A stretch of 64,000 bases of DNA, from NCBI RefSeq assembly GCF_009914755.1, contig NC_060946.1; one strand, written 5' to 3'. Within the stretch, counting starts at the first letter, position 1, and each line of letters starts with the position of its first letter. The notes under the pieces were generated by a model. The model searched no databases. It was given only the letters and a program-made list of their open reading frames with translations, and was not told the DNA's origin. Of this stretch, positions 48,393 through 64,000 are shown piece by piece. A program made the position numbers and the translations under genes. The DNA comes from the human T2T-CHM13v2.0 reference genome, Homo sapiens.

Positions 48393-49284
48393 GAGGGCTC
48401 CTTTTCCTAACAGAGGCCAAGCCAAGTGACTTCCCCTCTCTAAGCCTCAGCTTACTCCTCCACCAAATGGGCAAAGTACGCCTTTGGCTTCCATTCCATC
48501 CTGCCACTCTCAGCAGGGTTCACTATTTTGATAACACTGGTGTTTTCAGCAATGCAGGATCCCCCAACCATCGACCTCTGAGGCCTAGACTATTCCAAGA
48601 ACTCGCTGATGCTGTGAGCTCTTCCTGCAGGCAAAACTGTTCCTTCTCTCTCCACCTCCAAACACACCTTCATTCACCTGGATTGAGTTAAAGTGGCCGG
48701 TACTGTTTTCCGAGTGTTTGCTCCATGCAGGCTCTGTGCTGAATGGTTTGGACACATTGATGTATGAAGTGCTCAGAAATAGTTTACGAGTTTCATTACC
48801 ACCCCCATTTTATAGGAGGAGGCACTGAAGCTTAGAGAGGTGAAGAAACTCACCCAAAGACACATGGTTGGAGGATGGAGAAACCTGGATTCAAGGTGGT
48901 CACCACACCCATGGGGCTCCATCACCCCAAAATGCTGACTCCGTCTTGTGGGATCGAACCCAGTTACTCTTTCTATGCTGGTTTCTCTCCTGTCACTCCT
49001 TCTCCCTGCAGGGTGTTCATTGCCCTCGGGGATCTGAGCACAGTTTGTGATTTCATATTTATTGGCTCATTGACTGCTCCCCTGACTGTGAGCACCACAA
49101 GGGCAGGGGCAATGCAGCCTGCTTCACAGCTGTACCCTGGGTACCCAGTACTGCACTTGGCACAGAGTTGGGAGTCAACAACATTTTATTGAATGAATGA
49201 AACAAGAGCCAGTTGGGCTTTTCTAGTGGGTGGTGTCCAGGCAAATTAGGGAGTAGCCAGATCCACCCCTTACTGGTTATGTGA

Positions 49285-49745
<461 letters not shown>

Positions 49746-50684
49746 TCAATTCCTGTTTCATGTGTTGATGGTTTCTCTTGGCCTTGGGCAGGTATGGCAG
49801 GCCAACAGGGTTGGGGGAAGACAGAGTGGCCTGAGGATTAGACCGGGGAGCAACAGGACCAAGTCATGGAGCAAGCTGGCCGGCAGCTCTGGCCTCTTTA
49901 TCCTCTGAGCCTGCCTGTGGTGAGCACTCAAGAAGCCACAGTCATGGCGGCCCAGTCCCTACAGTCATCTCTTGCCTGGCCCATGGCCTATAAACAGATC
50001 CTCCCCTGCAAAGCACCCACAACAGCGGCGTAGCCATGTAGCCAGGGGGACAGAGACCGCTGTGGGGAGCTGGTGCTGTTCAGCCTGAAACACTAGCGAT
50101 TTCCTAATCTTCACTCAAGAGGCCTCTCCTGTGTGAAGGAGGCTTCCTCCCAGAGGAAAGCTCTGGAATGTAAGGAATGTGCCAGAGCCTCCAGCCCAGG
50201 CCCCAGGAAAGAGAACATCTTGGAGGCACAGGGCTGAGGGGGCATTTTCCCAGCCATCTCAGGGACGCCAGGCCACCGGGGAGCTCATACCAGACATCAC
50301 CTTCTGGCAGTGGGGTCAGGCCTCAACCGCCTTTACGCTTTCCCAGGTTCTCAGGCTGGAATGACGGAGGCCCCGTGGACTCTCACGGTCTTTGATTTCA
50401 GCCTCTCGCCCAGCACCTGCACCCCTGGATCTGGGGCCAGACCCTGTACTGGGCACTGAAGTACAGAGAAAAATGAAGCTGGCTCTTGTCTGAGCCAACT
50501 GGAGGTGGGACAGGTCCAGTGTCAAGTCTGGATTCCCATACTGTGTCACCTTGGACAAGTCACGTCAGCTCTCTGAGCCTCTGTATCCCCATTTATAAAA
50601 TGGGGGTAACACTAGGATCTTCTTTCTAGGATGGTCACAAGGGTGAAAGGCCCCCATGTTCCTGGTGCCATAAACAGAAATTAT

Positions 50685-51150
50685 TATTGTTACAAAAATG
50701 GCTGTAACAATATCTCCCATCCCACGTGCGCCTCTTATAATGTGACTTTGACCCTTCTCCCCTTGACTCTGGGTGGTTTGTGACTTTGGTGGAAGTGATG
50801 CCATGTGACTTCCAAAGCTAGTTCATAAAACGCGGGAGGGCAATACTCACTCTTGGAACCCAGCCACCATGGTGTGAGGAAGCCCAAGCAGCTTCAAGAG
50901 GCTCACGTGGAGAGGAACCAAGGCTCTCACCCACAGCCTTGGCTGAGCTCCTGGCAATCCTATGGATGAACCATTTTGAAGGTGGGTCATCCAGCTCTAA
51001 TTGAGTCACTGCAGTGGATACTGCATGGAGCAGAGACAAACTGTCCACACCAAGCCATGCTCCAATTGCAGGTTACTGAGCAAAATGATGGTAGTTTTAA
51101 GCCTCTAGGTCTTGGAGAGGTTCATTATGCAGCAATAAACAAGGATACAG
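50685..51150 (+). mobile_element. MLT1 (F/H-type) LTR
   Basis: ggaagtgatgccatgtgacttcc; tcttggaacccagccaccat...gtgaggaagcccaagcagc; ttatgcagcaata motifs. Confidence 0.75.
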
Positions 51151-51285
51151 TTCCTTTTAAGAAACAACTTTGCTTCTGTCTCAGCTGATCTCAGGATCTT
51201 TTTTCCCCAAATCCTAGTCCCTTCCAGCATTTTCCATCTCAGGAAAGAGCCCCAGTCTCTCCGGTTGCTTGAAAAAGAAACCTGA

Positions 51286-51944
<659 letters not shown>

Positions 51945-53499
51945 TAAATATCTCTTCTCACTTTATTCTATCCCCCTGACATTGCCCCAGTCCAAACCAC
52001 CAGCCTTCTGTTTTGGACAGCTGTGGCAGCTTTCTCACCAGCCTCACAGTTTCATAAGGAAAACGGGAATCTTGATATATGAATGATGTACGGAATAAGA
52101 AAAATCATCAGTGTTCAGTTTCCTTCACCTCCAGTGCTGTGTCTCTGAGCCCTTCATTTGTTTTTGCCTGGACTGTTCCCTTTTTTCCCCACATGAGCCC
52201 AGGATAAGACCCCTCCGGTCACTACATCTTGTCTATGCATAACACCCTCCTTGACTAAGCCTGAGCGAGTTCACTCACTGCTTTGGTCTCTGGGCAAGCA
52301 GGTCCTGTTTATTTTTTTTTCCCCATCTAGACTTTAGATTTGGATTCAGTAGTAGATCAGATATGCATTGACACTGTCCATGTGCCAGGCTCTGTGCTAG
52401 GCACCTAGAATAGAGTGGTGAGAAGAAACTAAATGTCTGTCCTCATGGAATTCTCAGTCCAGTGGGGGAGACAGGCATTCAGTATAGAAACAAGAAAGTT
52501 AAATCCTTTCTACCACTGTTTATTGCTATGAAAAGAAGTACGGCAGGACAGTGGGACAGGATGGCCCGGGTGGAGTGGAGGATGGGCAAGATCAGGCGGT
52601 GGTCAGAGAGGGCCTCTCAGAGGAGGTGGCATTTGAGCTGTTAAGATGGAGTCAGCCATGCGACATTAGGAGAAAGTGTCAGCAGGGGGAACAGCAGGGG
52701 CAAAGGTACTGAGGTGGGGATAAAGCTTGCCATGCTGAAGGGACAGAGGTAAGGCCAGAGCACAAGAGGCTGGTGGGATGTAATGTTGAAGCCAGGGTTG
52801 GATAACTCAGGGCCTGCTGAGCCACAATAAGGAATCTGATTTGACTCTAAGTATATTTGGAAGCCATTGGAGGGTTTTGTACTGCAGAGTGACACCTCTG
52901 ATTTATGCTGTAAACACTGGCTTCCAGCTGCTGGGTGCAGAATGGATTGGAGGGGGACGGGGAAGCAGGAAGCCTGGGGCGGAGGCTGTGGAGGAGTCCA
53001 GGTGAGAAACTGCATTTATCAAAGACACCATCCACACTGGTGTTGTGGGGCTGAGACTCCTCTGTCTCCACTGTGGACCAGCTACCCTGTGCCTGTGACT
53101 TCCAGACACTTCTGTCTGTTATTCTTTAAAAGGCAGTTCCCTCCTTAATTCTGAGGTGAGGATCTGCCTTCACAGACTCACTTCAGCATCCTGAAAGTCT
53201 GCCAGAAGCCCAGTCTGACTGCCTGAGTGAGGCCTTCCCAGCACTGTGTTAAAAGCTGGGATTGAACCATTTGTTCAGGCCCTCCAATCCTAGCTGTGCC
53301 CTACCTCCCCAGCAACTTCATCCTCTTCAGAAGGGCTGTCCCCACAAATAAGGCGGCAGCAACACCGTAGTGTGTTGACATTGGACTTGTGTTCTTATCT
53401 AGATGTACCAGGGCTGTATGACCTATGGCAAGTCATTTTACCCTGTTTTCCCATCTCTGCCACCTTCACCGCCTCTCCATATTGGTTCAACAAATGATG

Positions 53500-54568
<1,069 letters not shown>

Positions 54569-55624
54569 GAATCTGTCTTTCCTCTGGCAAATGATTCTTG
54601 GGCTCGCAGATGTTTTAGAACCAGTGCATTACAGAGTGAGTTCCTAAGCAGAGGGACTGCATCGGATACAGCACCACGTACCACGGTCCCCTGTGCAAAT
54701 CTTACACTCAATAAATGCATGTTGCTTGAATGAATGAGGTTTTAGGCAGGGATGTAGGGAGAGTCATTTTATTCTTCCTAGAATCCCCCACACTCGCTGA
54801 TGGTCCCCATGTTCGACAAGAGGTCTCACCAAATTTTTCTGCCACTGGGAAACTTCTCCAGTAAGAATTCCCCTATGCCCCACTGTATAATCTTCTCATT
54901 AATACACAGTATTGTAAAGGTGATCTATAATTAGATGCTAACCGCGTTTGCCGTAAAATTGGGTGGGCGAGGTCAACAAGGTAAGCTGGGAGCCGGCTGA
55001 TTGTTATGATCAATCAATAACCTATTTATTTCCCAACATTTCTATTAACCTCTGCCAGCCAATCACAGTTTCAATTTGAAAGGCTGGGGTCTGCTTTGCT
55101 GACTGGAGAAGTCTGATTGAAAGCGGGCCTCTGACATGACCCCAAGGGCGAAATCCAATTAAAATCATTTTCACTGGTAGATTAATATTTTTAGCATGTT
55201 CTACATCCTGGGATTCATCATTCCTGGCAATAACTAATGTCTTGTGACACGAGCAGGTGGATTGGCACTGCCATCAATAATAATTGTGATTAATTAGCTC
55301 ATCAGGTGCTAGGATGGCTTTGGGGTGGCAGTTGGTGCAGCTTCTGGGAACTTCTCCCGTCAAACCCTGGTTATGTGGATGTCTCTGGGTCATACCAATG
55401 TAACGGCCTTTTCTGAGTAGGAATGGTGTTTATCTGTCTCTGGGTCTGAAACTCCCTTGGAACTATGAGTTCCTTGAGGGCAGGTATTATTTCTCATTGC
55501 TTTCAGCAAGTCACTTATTGTTTGGCACACCCAGCTGCCCTTTTCTGAAGACTGTCCTTTACTTTCTCCATCCGCACAGCTACAGTAGAAGCCAACATAT
55601 TTGTGTAACATGGCCCCATTCCTG

Positions 55625-56025
55625 GCTGCTGCTTATTGAACTGGGGTAGAGCCCATCTTAAGCCAATGGCTCCATTCTTGGATGCTCTTGATTGGACCAG
55701 GGGTAGGTCCCGACCCAAGCTGGGACAATGAAAGCATCAAGGCACCACTTGTGGACACTGTTGATTGGACAAGGGGTAGAGCCAATCTTAAGCCAAACCA
55801 ATGAAAACCTTATGGCACCACCTCTGGATGTGGTTGATTGGATTAGGAGAAGGGCCCAACCCAAACTGGGCCAATGAAAGCCTCACGACCCCACCTGTGG
55901 ACACTGTTGATTGGACAAGGGGTAGAGCCCATCTTAAGCCAAGCCAATGAAAGCCTCTTGGCTCTACCCCAGATGTTGTTGATTGGACTAGGAGTAGAGC
56001 CCAATCCAAGCTGGGCCAATGTAGA
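55625..56025. repeat. 73-bp tandem repeat with alternating A/B units, probably derived from an ERVL LTR (LTR16/33-like)
   Basis: GATTGGA recurs at 55690, 55763, 55836, 55909 and 55981. Confidence 0.88.
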
Positions 56026-56717
56026 TCTTCCTTAGTATGGAATTAGGTTTAAGGGAAGGGGTCCTACTGGCCAACTTGAGTATTTAGGGGAGTTGATGGC
56101 CATTGTTTGTACTGTAAACAGGGAACTAGTTATGAATGAAAGTGGTGCTGAGAGAGGAGAAAGGATGAGGGATACAGAAAGTAGTACATCTTAGATTTCC
56201 TGGTACATCTCAGTTCCTGTTTCCAGGCCACTCCTGAAACCTGACTGCATTCCAGCTCCTTGGTTCTCTGAGTTATCTCTGCATCTTTGTAATAATTATT
56301 CTTCCCCCCACCTCCCTTGCTTGGGCTAATTTGAATGAGTCTGTTACTTTCAACCAAAAGTATCCCAGTGAATTTAGAGCCCAAGAGATGTCCAATGTCA
56401 CACTGCAGGCCAATGAAAAACTATCCTCTTTCTGCTGACTCTCAGATGCAAAGCCTTTTGGGGGAAGAAAGAAACAAGGAAGAAAAAATAACTCACATTT
56501 ATTGAAGGCCTACTGTGTGTTAGGTGCTTTGCAATGTCATGTATTTAATGTTTACCAGGCTGGGAGGTAGATTTTATTTTATTAGTTTACAGATGAGGAA
56601 ACCGAGGCTCAGATATGTTGGATAACTTGTCCAGAGAAGAATTGGGGGTTGTATTTAATTATTTTGGCAAATTCCATGATTGCTGAGCACCCCATGTTGT
56701 CTCTTAAAAAGAGGTGT

Positions 56718-57026
56718 GGCCGGGCGTGGTGGCTCACGCCTGTAATCCCAGCACTTTGGAAGGCCGAGGTGAGCGGATCACAAGGTCAGGAGATCCAGAC
56801 CATCCTGGCTAACATGGTGAATACCCGTCTCTACAAAAAATTAGCCGGGTGTGGTGGTGGGCGCCTGTAATCCCAGCTACACAGGAGGCTGAGGCAGGAG
56901 AATGGTGCGAAGGCAGGAAAATGGCGTGAACCCGGGAGGCGGAGCTTGCAGTGAGCCGAGATCGCGCCACTGCACTCCAGCCTGGGCGACAGAGCGAGAC
57001 TCCGTCTCAAGAAAAAAAAAAAAAAG
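56718..57026 (+). mobile_element. AluY with a small internal duplication
   Basis: AluY consensus; aggcagga(g/a)aatgg is duplicated at ~56892-56925; TSD-like aaaaagaggtgtg on both sides. Confidence 0.88.
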
Positions 57027-59018
57027 AGGTGTGCTGCTTTGCTGTAGATATCAGCATGAGGCTGTTGAAAGATAATGAGGTAGCCAGTGGGGACCCTGGG
57101 AAGAAGTCAATCTTCAGATTGGTGATCAGCCTCTTGAAGTCCTGTAGAGAACAGACAGAACCAAGAGTTGAGTCTTGACCAAGTCTCCCCCACCTTCAAA
57201 AACCATCTCCTTCTAGAACCCACTCACTGCTTTCTGATTGCTTCAGGACTCCCAGGACTCACCCAGACAGCCCCAGCTCCAGCTTCTGGAGACATCTCAT
57301 TAGTGGGTTCTCTGTAGCCATTCCATCCTTAGGAAAACCCAGGGCAAAACCATATCTTCCAAAAGAGGCTCTGCAGTGGAGAAATCCCAGTGGACCAAGG
57401 TGCATGATCTGCTTTGAAGCGTTCAGGGATATTTGTCTTCTCCCATTGGGCTAGTGGTGGCGAAAGGTGCACCAGGCTCCCCTTAATGTACACATCTGGA
57501 TTGAACTGAGATTCCCACAGCAGATTTTCCAATGAGGAGTGGATTGCAACAGGGAAATAAATATAATTATTTATATGCATGCTGGAGAGTTTCAACAGGT
57601 ACCAACAGATATATTCAGGAGTCAGGAAACCTTGGGAAATTCCTATAGTCCCAAATTCGAATCTCTAGGTCAAGTTAGCTGACCATAAAAAATCAGCCTG
57701 GGAGGTGTTTTAACACTGCAGTTTCCTGAGCCTGACTTCTGGGGATTCTGATTCCTGTGGCATATTCGTTCTTTTGAGAAGCTTCAGAGAGAATCCTGAC
57801 AACCAGCCAGATTAGAGATACACAAGAAACATTATCACATTAAAGGCACTAAAAAGTCCTGCAACAAAGACACCCATGACATTTCATTGAACCAGTTTAT
57901 CAAAGTTAAACAAACACAGGTCCCTCTTTCTCTATGTTTTGATATAATACCTGTTTTTACAAGGTCTACTGCTCAGAGAGCTTACCAACTTTCCCGCTTA
58001 ATAATTATACACTAATATCATGAATCCAGTGATTTTTTTCATGCCCTTCCTATTTTATAGCATTGGGTTATTCTCTCCCTGAAGACAGGAATAGTATCTG
58101 TGTTATTTGTAACATCCTCCACATAGAGTCTGAGGAAATGAGTGAGTCTCTTAAAATTGTCTTTGAATAGGGGACGTGGTCCTCTGCCCACCAATAGGAA
58201 CATTGATAACAGGGTAGGAGAAAGATTTAAAGCAGCTGGTCATAGTAGGAAAGCCTGCAGAGCCACATTTGGTTGACAGTTGTGGATGTTGAGTGCCAGC
58301 AGTCCAGCTGCTTCTCTTCTGAGCTGTTTCTCCACTGCTCTGAGATCTGCCTCTTAACAAACTTGGTCCCCAGGTATGAGCCCTCCTGAGACATTTGGTT
58401 AAGAAGAGGAGTTTCCCATTTCTCTCCTTCTCCTCCTTTCGGCCACCAGTGGATTGAAGGGAGCAGTGCTGAGGCCATTTAAATGGGCTTCTCTGCAGAA
58501 CGAACAAGCCCTTGTGTTGGAAATTGGGTTAAATTCAGCATGCATAACCACTCACAATGGCTCTTTACACCCCAGGAGCAGTAAGATCCCACTAATCTTC
58601 AGTCAAAACAATTAGAGCATGAAGGGTGGTGTATTCATCCCAAAGGCACTGGGCAACTGGGAGTTAGGAAGGGGTGGGACCACCCACATTCGGGGCTTTG
58701 ACTTTCCAGCCGCAATGACAAGGCCAAAAGACCCGGGGGATTCGGAAAGCGGGTCTGGTCAGAGAAGTTGCTTCAGTCCATCTGTCTCTTTCTCCACGTG
58801 GTGGACTCTTAGCAAGTGCGAGGCACTTTACATGCACCGTGTCATTGCATCCTCACATTAGCTTTGTTACCATCATCTCCTATTACAGCTGAGGAAACCG
58901 AGGTGCACAGAGGTTAAATGATGCACTCATCAGAGCCCAGCAGCAAATAGATGGCACAGTTAAATCAGTCTGGTTCAAGAAGAATTTAATAAAGGTACCA
59001 TTCAAAGAGGTGCTGACA

Positions 59019-59600
59019 GTGTATTAGTTTTCTATTGCTCCATAACAAATAACCAGAAACTTAGTGGCTTTAAACAACACCCTTCTATTAGGTCATAGTC
59101 CTGTAGGTCAGTAGTTCAGGCACAGCATGGTTTTCTGCTCAGAGTCTCACAAGATTGAAATTAAGGTGTTGCTGGGGCTGTGATGCCATCTGAGGCTCAA
59201 AGTTCTCTTTCAAACTCTCTCAGGTTGTTGGCAGAACTCAGTTTCTTGCAGTTGCAGGACTGAAGTCCCCATTTCCTTGCTGGTTGTTGTCCAGGGATTG
59301 CTTTTACCTCCTAGAGACCACCCTCAGTCCACAGACAGTTCACAGCCTGGATATCTGCTCCTTCAGGGCCAGCAAATGGCTGTCTCTCACTTGAAATCTT
59401 TCTGACTTCTAAGGGTCACCTGATTAGACCAGGCCCACCCAGGATAACCTTCCTTTTGATTAACTCAAAGTCAACCTAAGACAGTATGAAATCCCATCAT
59501 ATTTGCAAGTTCAGGCCACAGTCAAGGGGAGGGGATTATTCAGGGTGTGTTCACCAGGGAGCTAGAATCTTGGCGGCCAGTTGAGTTTTCTGCTCTCCAC
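59019..59600 (-). mobile_element. MLT1 LTR
   Basis: tgtattagttttctattgct...cttagtggctttaaacaacac and gttgttggcagaactcagtttcttgcagttg motifs. Confidence 0.8.
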
Positions 59601-60338
59601 AGACAGGATGTGGGAAGCCACCAGGAATAGTGCACTTCCCTGGGGATAGCAGTGGTGGGACTTGATTACCACCCCTGGTTATGAACAGATGAGGAGCTGG
59701 GAGACACAGAAGGAGAGGGCTGCGTAGTAGAAGCTGGGACCTTTGGTTGAAGGACACAGCTAGTCCCTGGTGACTTGGCAAGGAGGGAGCTAGAGGAATA
59801 AATAGGTTGACCTCAGTTTCCTTCCTCTCTTTCATCTTCTGTTGTTGCTCTCCGTTGGCTGATCTTAACAAGAGGCTGGAGGAAGGGGCACAGCCTATTT
59901 ATGCAGCCAGTAGAGACCAACTTCTTAGGGACTGGGTAGGTTGGAGGAGGATGGACAGTGGATCAAGAGGGGTAAATAGATGATACGCTGCACAAGCAAC
60001 TTCTTAGAGTCACGCACCTTCTAGTGTTAGAGTTCAGATTCAAATTCAAATCTCTTTAAAGTCAGATCATACCGTGCACCCTTCCGTTTCCTGACAATCT
60101 AACAATCCAGTGAGAGACACACTTATATTTCTACTTCGTAAAGGTCCAGAGAGGTTAAGTAAATAAACCAGAGTCACACAGCTAGCAAGTGGCAAAGCTG
60201 GGATTCTAATTCAATTCCAAAACTTGACTTCCAACCTCTCCACCTCCATCCACCCATATATATCCACTGACCAATCTATTCATTCATCAGACTTTTACTG
60301 CATGTCTTAAGCTATGCACTGTGTTCAGAGCGGAATGA

Positions 60339-60815
<477 letters not shown>

Positions 60816-62819
60816 AAGATGCCATTCTTATGTCCTCATGTTATTTACAGTCTGATGAAAGAAACGGACCTGTATACAGATTATCGTGCAGTGGAGGGGA
60901 ACAGGAGCTTTAAGAGAGGAAAGTACAGTGCTCATCGGTGGGCATGTGGGAGGGAGAGGTCTGCTCAACTGGGGGAGCCTGGAAAGGCAGCATCCTTTTA
61001 AGCTGGGTTTTGAAGGATACATAAGATCCCAAGGGGATGGTGCATCTTGGGAAGGTATGCTCATATCTTTTTAACCCAGCTGCCTCTCCTTTGCTGGAGC
61101 TTCCTCCTTCCAGGGCATGATTTGGAAGGACAGAGTTTTACTGTTATTGAGGACACAGAGTTCTCTAAAGTGCATAGCCCAGGGGATGGAATGGAGCAGG
61201 GGATGTATGTATGTGTGGAAAAAATCCACCTTGGTTTGAATTCTTGTCTGGCCATTTCTGAAATATATGACCTTATGGGGACCCTTCCCTATGTGGTCAT
61301 CTCTACAGGAGATTTCATATCCCTACCCAACTGGTGTCAGGTTGGCCAGGTGACTTTCAGCCAATGGGATGAAAGTGAGTGGAGGTGGTATGTGCCACTT
61401 TTTGGCAGACACTATAAGAACCCTTGTGTGGTCACCTTTTCCCTTCCCTCTTTGTGACACTATGGTAATTTTTACTATTTCCTAAGTGTTGTGCTTCACC
61501 TTCCCTTTTTACCTTGGCCTTGAGACCATCAGGTTTCCATAAGGGAGTTGCTCCCTTTGCCTTCATCCTGGAATGAAGTGAGGAGGGGCAGAGCAAAAAC
61601 AGAGCTACAAGGGTTTGTCAGATTGCAGAGGAATGAATGATTGCTATCTAAGCCACCGAGACCTTTGAAGGCACCTGTTAGCATCACATAGTGTAGCCTA
61701 AGATGACCAAAACAGCAAGGTGTGTTGCCTTTCTGTGTGTTAGTTTGCTCAACTGTAGAAGTGCATTGATAGTTGTAGTTACCTTATGGAGGTCTGGTGA
61801 AGATTAGGTGGAATTCCTAAGTAAAAGTGCAGTTTCTAGCCTATAGTGTGTCTACACTTCGCAAATGTCTAAGACTCTTCTTCCAGTTCCTTGTCTCTGC
61901 TGTACTTACTTCTACCCCAGGGCCTGTGCACATCCATGCTGTTCTCTTTGCCCGGGGTATTCTGTCTTTCCCTCGTTCCCTTCTTTACTCAAAATCCCAT
62001 ATGCAGACCTAGCTCCTCCAGGAGGTCAGCTAAGGATGGGCTTGGAGCCTCAGGAAAGTCAGGTCATGAAAGGGATGAAAAAGGTTGCACTTCAACAACC
62101 AGAATCAGGAAATCTAGAAAACAGTTCCTTTAACATCAACATGCACACATATTTTGGGTTTTATGGTTTTGCATTGTTTTAATTTCAGTTTACATAGGGG
62201 ATTGCAGAGGGGGCTCCCTCATCTTTTCTAAGCTTAAGGCTTCTGAAGATCTTTACCTGTTCCTGTCCACAGATAGCAGGGCTGGGAGAAAGGGATGGGG
62301 AGAGTCCCTCCTGCCACTGACCCAGGATGGATAAAAGTACCCCTTTCATAGAAGGAAGAAAATGGGAACAAAGGTGCTGCTGATCATCTGAGGTTGCCTG
62401 CATGGCAGTGAAGAACATGGACCTTTGGGTGAGGCTACCTGGATTTAATTGTTGGTTCTGCCATTTACCAGCTATATGAGCTTGGGTGTGTCATTCTTTA
62501 CCACTGAGCCTCACTTTTTACATTCATAAAATGGGAATAATTATACCAGCTTGCTGGGTCATGGTGAGGACAACTAAGGCGAGTGCCCATAGTGAAGCCT
62601 ATATAAAGATGGCTGATTGTTCGGTCATTCCTTATTTATTGAATGTCTGCTATGTGCCAAGTTCCATGAGAGGCACTGGAGATGCAGAGATGACCAGGAC
62701 AGACTAGATCCTTGCTCTCAAGATTATGTATTTGTAAATAAACATATAATGAGTCAGATTGCAGCAAGGGATATGGAGAAAAAAGTCAGGGTAACTGTGG
62801 AAAGTAACGGTGGATCAGA

Positions 62820-63235
62820 TTTTATTTTATTTGGACATAATTGACAAATAGATTGACCAATACCCAAATATAATTGGGTAATGTTTAAGGGGTACAACTT
62901 GATGCTGTAATATACATATATGTTGTGAAATGATCCTTATAGTCAAGCTATTTGACACGTTCATCGCCTCACATAATTGTCTTTTTTTGTGGTGAAACCT
63001 ACCCTCTTAGCAAATTTCAAATATATATTATTAACTGTAATCATTATGCCATACATTAGATCTCCAGAACTCATCCATCTTGCTTAATTGAAACTTTGTA
63101 CCCTTTGACCAACATCTCATTTCCCTGTCCCTCCAACCTCTGGCAACCAGTATTTTAGTCTATGTCTCTATGCTTTGACTCTTTTAGATTCCAAATATAG
63201 GTGAGGTCATACAGTATTTATCTTTCTGTGTCAGA
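62820..63235 (-). mobile_element. L1MA-type 3' end
   Basis: cattagatctccagaactcat...gaaactttgtaccctttgaccaacatctc...ttttagattcca motifs. Confidence 0.82.
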
Positions 63236-63309
63236 CAAATTCTGTTTTAGAAAGCGAATTCAGAAAAGGCTTCTCTAAGGAGGTGACATTTGAACAGGGA
63301 CCCATGCAC

Positions 63310-64000
<691 letters not shown>

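Overview
Human (primate) genomic DNA, dense in Alu/L1/MIR/LTR repeats, with no intact protein-coding gene. I recognise it as the MIAT (Gomafu/RNCR2) lncRNA locus, probably chr22q12.1; this is from memory plus sequence features, not a database search. MIAT runs on the + strand from a CpG-island promoter at ~25.7-26.2 kb (exon 1 donor at 26243) to an ATTAAA poly(A) signal at 45029. Its long terminal exon carries seven perfect TACTAAC branch-point motifs (39994-40800), a known SF1/QKI-binding feature. An ISCA2 processed pseudogene with a 17-bp TSD lies upstream, and a solo HERV-H LTR7-family LTR with a 5-bp TSD is at the left edge. The most interesting structure is a three-part module inside the terminal exon: the TACTAAC cluster, then a ~31-bp-phased array of ETS (CCGGAAGT) sites forming an internal promoter (probably MIATNB), then a second CTAAC cluster with exact 21-nt phasing. 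One ETS unit reads as a GTAAGT splice donor. Other observations are a 73/146-bp CCAAT-rich tandem array, an inverted templated copy of an Alu-L1 junction, a 73-bp doublet carrying GAS motifs, convergent CTCF motifs and a homeobox-rich enhancer candidate. Repeat boundaries and subfamily calls were made by eye and are approximate.
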